From Geosiphon pyriformis uo1 (taxonomy: Eukaryota; Fungi; Glomeromycota), in the NCBI GenBank assembly GCA_016748015.1, contig JAAOMT010000597.1, forward strand, positions 681,555 to 745,554: 64,000 bases of DNA, given 5' to 3'. A model generated the notes under the pieces. The model was not told the DNA's origin. It saw only the letters and a list, made by a program, of their open reading frames with translations, and searched no databases. Shown piece after piece: positions 54,251 through 64,000 of this stretch. The stretch's first letter is position 1; the number at the start of each line of letters is the position of its first letter. A program made the position numbers and the translations under genes.

Positions 54251-54889
54251 TTAAGTTTATAATTTTTGCACCATACATATTTTTAATAATCTCTTGATTA
54301 AATAATATGGCTTTGATTGGTATAATAAAATCACTTTTAAGATAATTTTAACAGATAAAAATTTATTAATTGAAAGGCGATTAAAAATATGTTGTATTGT
54401 TTTCTTTACAAAATAAAGAAAAAATATTCTGTTTTTGTTTAAACTATACAAATTTAATTAAATTTAACAAAATTCTAACTTATATAGTAGAAATAATTGT
54501 CTTTATAATATTAAGAGAAATCATTAACATTTTATTTGCCATAACTTTTTCTTAAGCATTGATTTATTTATAACAATTTTTATATTGGCATTAGAAATTA
54601 AAAACTTATTTTAATGAAGAAATAATTTCAACATCACATGATTGCAAATAAGTTGCCGTATTTTAATAATTATAAAATATAATATTAGTAAAAAGATAAC
54701 ATTGTTGTTTACAATAATAAAATAAAATTTTAGAATTTTGTATTTGAACATTAAGTTTTTTTTACCAATATAAAAAAACTTGATGTATCTATACATTATT
54801 ATTTGCATAATAATATACAAATAAAGTAGTTTTATTAATTTTTCAAAATATTTTAGATTTTTTTATTTGTGAATATAATTTTAACATTA

Positions 54890-55660
54890 TAATACAAACA
54901 GCTGTAACTCTGTTTTTTAATTTTTTTATGTTAACAATAAGATATCTTAAAAGGAGTTTATTAGGTTTTAACTTTCAATAAAGAGCTGTTTAATCACAAT
55001 TATAAACATAGTTAAATTTTATTTTGATAAAAGATTTTGAAGTTATTGGCAAAATTGTGGTAAATTATTTAAAGGTACTATTCGCTTTTCTACCTTTTTT
55101 GATTTTTTTAATATTATAATACTTTTTAAAACTAAATAACAATCCTTAAATTCTTTGAAAATTACGCTAAGCAAAATTGCTAGCTTTTTAATGATTTTTC
55201 AATCTGCAATATTTATGGTATTCTTTCTCTTTTAATAAGTGAAATCTTTTTTTTAATGTTTAACATATTAATAATTATCAAAATGGTAAATAATATTTAA
55301 GTCAAAAATTGATCAACTTCGGATTAACGAGAGTGACACAAATTCTATGCTCACAATATCTCCCAAAGGAAAATTGGGAACGGATCGTTTTACTAACAAA
55401 ATCCTTTTTGACTGTTTCGCAACACAAATAGAACTTCTGAATAAGGCGCAAGACCGATTCGTCCAATGTCGAAGGATAGACATAAAATTTTTTGTATGGC
55501 GCGTGTTCTTTACAAAAAGAAAAATCATTTTGAGCAGATATCAGTCCAGAATTTAATGCCAAAAATCGGGAGGAATCGGAATAGTTTTTTGCAACCACTT
55601 AATCTACATAGGTGATAAAGCCATACGGCTTGTACATTGTGTTGGTTTAAAATTTAAATG
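54890..55660 (+). pseudogene. Protein kinase (TKL-like) pseudogene
   Basis: Kinase subdomain remnants appear in the correct order across frames: KEFI, H..NIVKFY (55002), KGT..FYL, LSKIASFL, NILI, KLINFGLTR (DFG->NFG, 55315), VWRV.T and LCW (55637-55645). Confidence 0.6.
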
Positions 55661-55908
55661 AGTCTAATTTTTTAATCTTCTAATAAATCCTATTTTAACC
55701 TCAGGAGGTTGATAGTGCAAATACTCAGTTTTTTAATGAAATAAAGATTGGATGTTACATATTGAGAGAGTTTAAATAATAATTAGATTCATGAAATTCA
55801 CGTTGAGAAATTAGTAAAGCGGTTTATAGAGAGCGTGACTAGAACTCCGATCTTTCCTATGTTCTCAAAACCATTATAAAATTCTTACACATTGCACTAA
55901 AATTATTT

Positions 55909-56306
55909 TTAACCGATGTTAACACTCTTGATAACATTTGAATTATCAACATGTACATTCAATCTAGAATAATATAAAATTATCTTGAAAAATTGTCCAT
56001 CTTTCCTGAAATTCAAGTTTTTAGCACAACTCAATGTAGGAATCAAATATTTCTTACCGATCTTGGATAAAGTCTCTGGTGGTAATAGCATTCGGTCCAA
56101 GGACACGATGCTTACTCGGCAAATCTGACTTTCGAATGATCTATTTTTAAAAATATAGAGATTTAAAATCGTAAAGAAACCTTGACCTAATTGATTTTAA
56201 CTTCGCTTACTTGTTCAGTAGGCACACCAGTTGGAACAGATTCATTTTCTGGGACGAACTGTTTTCCGATCAAATGTTTCCAATCGTCAGTGTTAATTTT
56301 TGCCAT
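55909..56306 (-). CDS. 3-exon gene, 77 aa, peptidase inhibitor I78 / potato inhibitor I (chymotrypsin inhibitor 2) fold
   Basis: Exons are 56306-56211, 56140-56058 and 55963-55909, with introns GTAAGC..TAG (70 nt) and GTAAGA..TAG (94 nt). The product is MAKINTDDWKHLIGKQFVPENESVPTGVPTEQIIRKSDLPSKHRVLGPNAITTRDFIQDRLNVHVDNSNVIKSVNIG, which has the family hallmarks WxxLIG, TxDFxxDRLNVxVD and terminal VxxG. Confidence 0.93.
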
Positions 56307-57949
56307 TGGCTTATGAATTTTGAAAAGGAGAAAAAAATATTGTCGAGATCCAAGAGTATATATTCATTATTTTTTATCATATTAAACATTGTACAAACTT
56401 AAGATGAAAAATTGATATCATTATCAATTTTAGGGAACTTTCCCACAGATCCGAAATTACTTGTCGATCAGTGACTTCATAAAGTTAAAAATATTACATT
56501 TGTTATTGCTGATAAGCATTTTAATTAATTAAAAATTGTGATATTTTGGTTTGAATTAATTAATATGTTGATTATTTATATTTATATTTATATTTATATG
56601 AGGTTAGAAAGAGGAGAACAAAAACTCGAATCTTTTTCTTCTCTTAATTGAGATCGAGCTATCGTCGCTCCTTACAATATCAAAGATTATTCCGAATGAT
56701 ATATACCAGTACTGATTTAACATTCGCACGCGATATTATCAATTTTGAAAATTAATATTTCCTATAGATAAATATAATTTCAATTATCTGTATCACTTTT
56801 ACTTTAAAATTAAAATTTTATAATCACTGGAAAAAGTATTATTTTTAGATTAATAATTAACATTTATAATATAAAGAAATATTGGATAATTGCATTTATA
56901 TTATTTGAACAATAAAATTATTAATAATTATCTCATTTCTCATTAATATCATAATTCTATTTATTTTTGCATATAAAAATAATAATAAATTATTAAGAAA
57001 ATCGAAAATATTTGACAATAAGTTGTTTTAATAATCTGAAACTTTCGGGCCAAGATAAAAATTGCTTGATAACTTATAGCAAAAACATTTTTTTAATGTT
57101 TTGATAAGAATTACTCAAAACTTTTATTGAACTATTTCGTTTAAATAAAACATGTTCTAAAATAATTTATCAAATAGTCTCTTAAAATAATCCAAGACAC
57201 AAAAATGGTTATATATCTGTAAAATCAATATTGCAATATTATTAAATACTAAAGAGCATTTAAAAAGCTTAAATAAATTATGTATTTTTAAAACATTCAA
57301 AGTCAACATATTTGGTTAGCCTTTAATCTCACTTCAAATTTTTTACTTCAAGATCTAATATTTTGTGTTGTTGTCAAGGACCTAAAATTTATTGATTTCT
57401 AGAACATTTAGTTATCTATTAGACAGTCATTAAATGGAAAAAGAGAAATATTTTTTATGGAAGAATTTAATTTGAGAATAACATTAAAATTTAAAATTAA
57501 AATAAAACCCAAATTTTCAATGAATGAAATTTACTTAATGCATTCTCTTGTTTCATTTGAAGACTGACAAATTAGTTCATTTCGTTTTTTGTCATGACCA
57601 TAAGCACAGGGAAAAAATTAAATACAACAAATTCCTCAATGAGATGCTGTAGAAAAGAATTTACCATTTCTTTAATGATATTCTGTTTATTCTATAGGAA
57701 GATATCAATTTTTAATTTAATAATTTATTGCCATCATTGTTTTTATAAAATGACTTCTGTAATCGATTTCAGTTTTATTCTACTATTGATCACTTCTCTG
57801 GCTTATAAATCAAAACAGAAATAAAAAAAATATGTCAAAAATTTCTCTCTTCAAGAGAGGTATTTACTAAAGAATAAAAAATTGCGTGTTAAAAGAAGTT
57901 TTAAATATACCACAATTTGATTTTTAATAAAGTTTGGGTTGAAATTCGA

Positions 57950-59716
57950 AGGATATTGCTGGTGTACAGATGAACTTTTGAAATATAAAACTCTAATATC
58001 TAACAATATATCATAATAATTTAATTTGAATGACTGAATTCACCCTTTAATGCTCATTTAAGTACGAAAATTATTGGAAAAGAATGTGGATGTCATAGAT
58101 TAAGGTCCTCGAAAGAATGTGATTGACGACTTTCACCAACAGATCCTTGTGAATGAGGTCAAGGAATTCTTGGCCATGGTTTCAGAAAGTGCCAAATCTC
58201 ATATTTCAATCCAGATGATGGTTTAATAACAACAACAAATTTTTCTGCTATGATCGTGTATGTTTATGAATTTAAACATGCCAAAGAAGATTCATTATAA
58301 ACGCAGTTCGAGATATATCAAATATTTCTTGGGCTTGGAACCTACTAATATTTAAATCTTATTTTGCCAGGATTATTAATATTAATTACGAAATGAGAAT
58401 TAAGTTTTAACCAGAATTTATCAAGTGATTTAGATTAATGCTTTGCTGCACAAATTTAGAGACAGGTTTAAGATCGACCCGTTGACTTTTACCTCTCCAT
58501 TGACTTTCCAATTCAAAAAAGGATGAGAATGACCAGCAAATTCTTCATATCTAGTACTCAAACTATAAATGATTTGCAAAGATAGTTGTTGTATGCAAAA
58601 TTGGCCTCATTCCCACAAATCCAACGTTGAATTGAATAAGAATTAGATAAGATAGTATGCAAGAAAAATTACACAACGTTGAATATCAAGAAATTTTATA
58701 TTATTTGAGAGCCACGGTGAAAGAAAGTTGGAGAATTATAAAAATCATATTTTTTGTCAAAATATCAGATTTATATTTAATTTTTTTTTTCGAGTTCTCT
58801 GTTATTTATTACATTTCAAAAAAACTCTATAATCATATTTAATAAACTTTTTATCCAAATGCTGATTTGTTATGCCCAAAATATTTTTAGACGACAATGG
58901 TTATCTTAAAAATGATTAAGAAAAGAATTATTTTTCAGAAATAACAGCCTATTGAATTAAAGTTTTGATTAAATGATTTAGAAATTACTATTACCTGAGC
59001 CATGATCTACTATATTGGTTCAAAAAATATTTTATCCTTTCAGTGCTTTGACCACTATAAGCGCTACCTCTTTTGAATTTTAATAAAAAAACTTATTTAC
59101 TTTTCTTCAATCTTCATAAGAATAACTGACAAGTCGTTTGATTTCCCTATCAGACCAATGGGCTGTGTTTCCAACTGGTTAACCTTTAAACATGAGAATA
59201 ATTTGTTTATTTTTTATTATTACATCTACCAAATTCCAGTAAGAATCATGAAGCATATTTTAATTTGCAAAATCTTCCAAAGATCACATGAAAAGAAGCA
59301 AAAACTCAGTCCAGAATATTTTTATTAATGATGCTTTCTATGTGTGTGAGAAAGGGTTTAAAAAATGTGAAATTCGATAGAATGAATGATTTCTATTTAT
59401 ATTGGCCGAAAATAGATTATATTAGAGTCACATGGTAAGTTTTTCTTTGAATTCGCGACCATTGGTATTTGTAGATTTTCCAAAGCAAATTAGGGAATCA
59501 AAATATAATTGGAACGTTGATATGAGTTTTTAGAATTAAAAAATCTTAGTCTATTAATGTTTCAATAATATTAAGCCTTTTTTTGAAATAGACTTTTTCA
59601 GCTTTGGGTTAATTATACCACTCTAACTATTGTCGAGGAACCAGTAGATGAAATCAAAGCCTTAAAATCGCAACAATTGAAACCTAATAAATATATTTTT
59701 TTGTTATATATGTGAA
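57950..59716 (+). pseudogene. Cytochrome P450 pseudogene
   Basis: I-helix FFISSTQTI..*LLYAKLASFPQIQR*IE*ELDKIV (58540-58657), K-helix YLRATVKESWR (ExxR), SPEYF (PERF-like, ~59310) and a decayed heme loop AENRLY (from AGNRLC, 59405-59422) followed by a GTAAGT intron. The 5' extent is uncertain. Confidence 0.8.
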
Positions 59717-61776
59717 ATTTCATTAAATTTTGATATTTAACTGTTTTATTGTATATTTTTTAAATAAGAATTGTCCTATATAACCATGAATATCTCGATT
59801 TAAGGTTTAAAAATCTATTAAAGATTTGATATAAAACATTATAATATTAAATCTTTTTCGAATGAATGAGCGATTTATTATTGAATGTTTTTTTATATGG
59901 GCTTTTAACTATAAAAACATAAAACAGTAAACCATTCAATAAAATCCAAAGATTATAGAAACTAAAAAAATAATATATTTTTTTAAAAAATTAATTGTTA
60001 TAAACCAAAAGTTTTAATTAACAATTCGAATTAATAATTTAATAATAATAAATTCGATAAAAATAGTTGAAATAAAATCAAAAATTTAAAAATAAATTAA
60101 TAGTAAATGATTATAATTAAAATTTTTATTTATATTCGAATATCATTTAAATCATGGAAAATTAAAATAACTATTTTCAATCTTATTTTTCATTAAAAAT
60201 TTAGAGTTTAATATTATGTTTATTTAAAATATTAAATTTTACTTTACTAATATTTGTATTTTGAAAATGTAAACAAATATTAATTTGATAAAAACGGTTT
60301 TCTAAAGCGCAATCTATTATAAATGTGTTTTTGGACAAAGTAATTAATTGAGAGATGCTATGAAATATTATAAGCCGGCTAAAAAGATTTAAACCCGCAG
60401 ACCTGAAAATCGGTCTATAAATTTTATATTTAGATAAATTAGATGCTCTAAATTGAAAATTAACACATTCTATAATAGATAATTTGCTAGCAACGCTCAT
60501 AAGTGAGCTCGATTGAATTTTAAACAAGATGATTACTCCAATACATTTTTCATGGTAATCCTTGAGTTGAGATTATAATGATAATATTTATATTTATATT
60601 GAAAATAATTTACTTTTTCAAATTTATAAATTGTTTTGAACAAGATTCTTAAGCTTTTCTTTCTGCAAAATCTATATCGGTATAAATGCATTAAAACTAC
60701 TTCAACAAAGTATTTAGATCATATAATAGATATCATCAGCAACAATTACCTAAGTTAATTTCATCTTTCAATTTAGTATAAACAAAGATTTCAAAGATAC
60801 TGCAAAATGCTGTCATTGTTTATGATGAATGAATCCTTCAAAAATTGTTTGTTTAAAATCACCAAGAAACATGAAATTCAAATTCTGAAATCCACGTAAA
60901 CGCGAAGAAATTCAACATTTCAAAAGTTCAAGGATTCCAGTTTCGACTTGAGAAAAAATATTTATCTTGGCAAATGGATTCAAGCAGAGAAAAGATTCTG
61001 AAGCTCAAACTTTTTGAATAAAATAGATGGGGTTGCCAGTGACATATTATTTAGGATTGAAAAACAAGGTGTGGAAAAATGAATTCAAGAAAATATTTGG
61101 TACTTGTATATGTCCCTGAAATTGAGACTGATGTATCAACTCAATGTTTCCTATTAAAGTATATGAGAATTTTTAAATTCGTCTAAAATTTCAATGATAC
61201 ATTTTGATAACGGCTCATTTCATGATTTGCAAAAAAGGTTTTCTACAATTCGGTTCATCCCCGAGTTTGGAATGTCAGCTTTTGAAATGTTAATAGAGAA
61301 GGAATATATGCAGTGGAAGGCATATGCTTGATTAAAATAAAATCATTTAATAGAAAATTATTATGCTCAATTTTGCATAAATATTATATGTTAGAAATTT
61401 CGTCATCGCATGACAAATTTCTGTAAGATCTTGATTAGCCTTCGGATATTCTTATTGGCACTTGAATTAATAATTTGCGGCTAATTTAATAGAAGACAGA
61501 TGACTGAATTTACACTCTTTTTAAAATAGAATTAATTGTTGGAATTCATGGCTATATCTCCTCAGTGTTAAATATAAAATAGGCTTAAACCTTCTGAACC
61601 TAATTTAGACAGTGCTATTGATCTATTCACTGCTTATTAAACATTAAGTTTTTTATTAAACTTCCCAGAATTCGAATAGAATTATTAAAGCGGGTTTTAA
61701 GAAATACCTGATTTAATAGCCTTTAATTTTTGATTTGGTTAAATGTCTTCCGACTATAGAACTTGCATAGTGGTTT

Positions 61777-62709
61777 NNNNNNNNNNNNNNNNNNNNNNNN
61801 NNNNNNNNNNNNNNNNNNNNNNNNNNNNNNNNNNNNNNNNNNNNNNNNNNNNNNNNNNNNNNNNNNNNNNNNNNNNNNNNNNNNNNNNNNNNNNNNNNNN
61901 NNNNNNNNNNNNNNNNNNNNNNNNNNNNNNNNNNNNNNNNNNNNNNNNNNNNNNNNNNNNNNNNNNNNNNNNNNNNNNNNNNNNNNNNNNNNNNNNNNNN
62001 NNNNNNNNNNNNNNNNNNNNNNNNNNNNNNNNNNNNNNNNNNNNNNNNNNNNNNNNNNNNNNNNNNNNNNNNNNNNNNNNNNNNNNNNNNNNNNNNNNNN
62101 NNNNNNNNNNNNNNNNNNNNNNNNNNNNNNNNNNNNNNNNNNNNNNNNNNNNNNNNNNNNNNNNNNNNNNNNNNNNNNNNNNNNNNNNNNNNNNNNNNNN
62201 NNNNNNNNNNNNNNNNNNNNNNNNNNNNNNNNNNNNNNNNNNNNNNNNNNNNNNNNNNNNNNNNNNNNNNNNNNNNNNNNNNNNNNNNNNNNNNNNNNNN
62301 NNNNNNNNNNNNNNNNNNNNNNNNNNNNNNNNNNNNNNNNNNNNNNNNNNNNNNNNNNNNNNNNNNNNNNNNNNNNNNNNNNNNNNNNNNNNNNNNNNNN
62401 NNNNNNNNNNNNNNNNNNNNNNNNNNNNNNNNNNNNNNNNNNNNNNNNNNNNNNNNNNNNNNNNNNNNNNNNNNNNNNNNNNNNNNNNNNNNNNNNNNNN
62501 NNNNNNNNNNNNNNNNNNNNNNNNNNNNNNNNNNNNNNNNNNNNNNNNNNNNNNNNNNNNNNNNNNNNNNNNNNNNNNNNNNNNNNNNNNNNNNNNNNNN
62601 NNNNNNNNNNNNNNNNNNNNNNNNNNNNNNNNNNNNNNNNNNNNNNNNNNNNNNNNNNNNNNNNNNNNNNNNNNNNNNNNNNNNNNNNNNNNNNNNNNNN
62701 NNNNNNNNN
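61777..62709. other. Assembly gap (933 N)
   Basis: Run of N. Confidence 1.
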
Positions 62710-64000
62710 CTTGGATTTTTTAAACATGTTGATAAAGAACATGGTCACAAAAAACATTTGCATCTTACAATTCTCGTAGAGGGGCATGACAAAAAAACAT
62801 CCGAGACTCAATTCAAAATATTTATGTGGGATTTATGTGAATGGAAAGAAACAAGGGAGTTTGGATATGAACTTGACATGAGACTGTTTAAAAAAGGACA
62901 ACAATTACCTATTATGGATTCTGTTAGCACTACTGTTATACTCGATGAAACCAGGCGACTATCATTTATAATTCAATCGGAGGAGACCAAAAAGACTTAT
63001 CCAAATTTTATCCCAATTGCCGATTTCTTTAAGCAGTTATCAGCACCCGAAGGCAGTCGAAAAATCTCCAAATCTAGTAAACGCTCTAAGGGGGGGCATG
63101 ATATAAAAATGTTGTATGGCCAAAGAGCCCACACTATATCGACAGATAATAATCCAAAGCAGAAATCGCAATTTGTCAAAAGAATGAGTGAAGGTCAATT
63201 AACTGAAAATGAGCCTAGTTCTAAAAAGGCTGTTGAGTTTCCATGATACGGGTCTGGTTACCTCTTCTCGTTATGCCTACTGGAGAGACTTTAAGACTAT
63301 TCATTGGACATTTCACTATTCATATCTGGCTTGTTAAAGACCCTCGGAAAATATTTTGTCAATTAAACTTTTTTTGGTCCCTTGAAGAAGATCCTTGGAA
63401 ACATAAGAAGCAAATTATCGAATCTGCCTCCTTAACTAATACGGGTCCTGAGCAATATGAATTTAAGATATGCTTAAGAAAAAACCAAGATCCTATCACC
63501 GTTCATTTTCAGATTGAACCGAATGAAACAACAGCCATCAATGCTATTAAAACTTTAAAATATCTGGTGTCTAAGAGAGACGGATTGCCAAAAGATTCGG
63601 CGCGTCATTTTTAATTTATAATCAAAAAAACAACTTTGATATTTGGGTCATTTTTAAAAGACCAGCCTGAGATATTAGACTTAAACTATGGGATAACCAA
63701 CAACTGATCAAGATGAAGTGCTACGAAGTGGTCGAGAAAATCTTGAACGCAGTAGATAAAGATCAAAAAAACGCTTGTCTCCATATACCTCGTTCTACAA
63801 ATTTTCTCCCTTCTGCCCTTGAAGAAGCGATGAATTCAGGAAATATCAGCCTTTTAAGAAACCTTCTCAACTATTATTCAACCAATGGAAATCATAATCT
63901 CGGATGGATGACCACAATTTCTGAAGCTCTTCCAGAATTATTTAGAACTTACCCTGGCAAGTTCCAATGTTGTTGCTCGAGTTTTGAAATTACAACTTAA
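62710..64000 (+). pseudogene. Disrupted TRP-like ion-channel family gene (N-terminal cytosolic region); runs off the window
   Basis: Motifs RLFIGHFTIHIW..FFW, T..I..F....P..LD..Y..LI..V..IL..LHIP and LLNYYS.N..HNLGWMTTISEALPEL resemble the Glomeromycotina-expanded TRP-like family. The frame is broken by a frameshift near 63243, a stop at 63612-63614 and a frameshift near 63700, with no splice signals to rescue it. Confidence 0.6.

Noticed and set aside
61723-62811. Long X-containing ORFs
   Set aside because: Artefacts of the N gap.

Overview
This is very AT-rich eukaryotic DNA with GT-AG introns. Its gene and TE families (TRP-like channel, TKL kinase, class-3 lipase, WHPDSHM-type LINE, Crinkler-associated nuclease) point to a Mucoromycota fungus, most likely Glomeromycotina; this assignment is inferred. 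The window has two compartments. Bases 1 to ~23.3 kb are a microsatellite-dense gene desert holding one small intronless gene (15325-15780) and a Tc1 relic. Bases ~23.3-64 kb are a TE and pseudogene graveyard with extremely AT-rich, CpG-depleted blocks, in which three spliced genes survive. These are a 319-aa protein with three PAH/HHD-like helical repeats (26726-27892), a 632-aa protein with two tandem winged-helix domains, each split by an intron at the same position (43500-45546), and a 77-aa I78/potato-inhibitor-I-type protease inhibitor (56306-55909, minus strand) that the ORF track captures only partially. The relics are three Tc1/mariner copies, a hAT element, a LINE zinc-knuckle fragment, and pseudogenes of a PD-(D/E)xK nuclease, lipase 3, a kinase, a P450, a TRP-like channel and possibly F-box proteins. 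Many inactivating changes are G->A/C->T, including outside CpG. There is a 933-nt assembly gap. No rRNA, tRNA or CRISPR array was found. All family calls come from manual motif recognition, not database searches.
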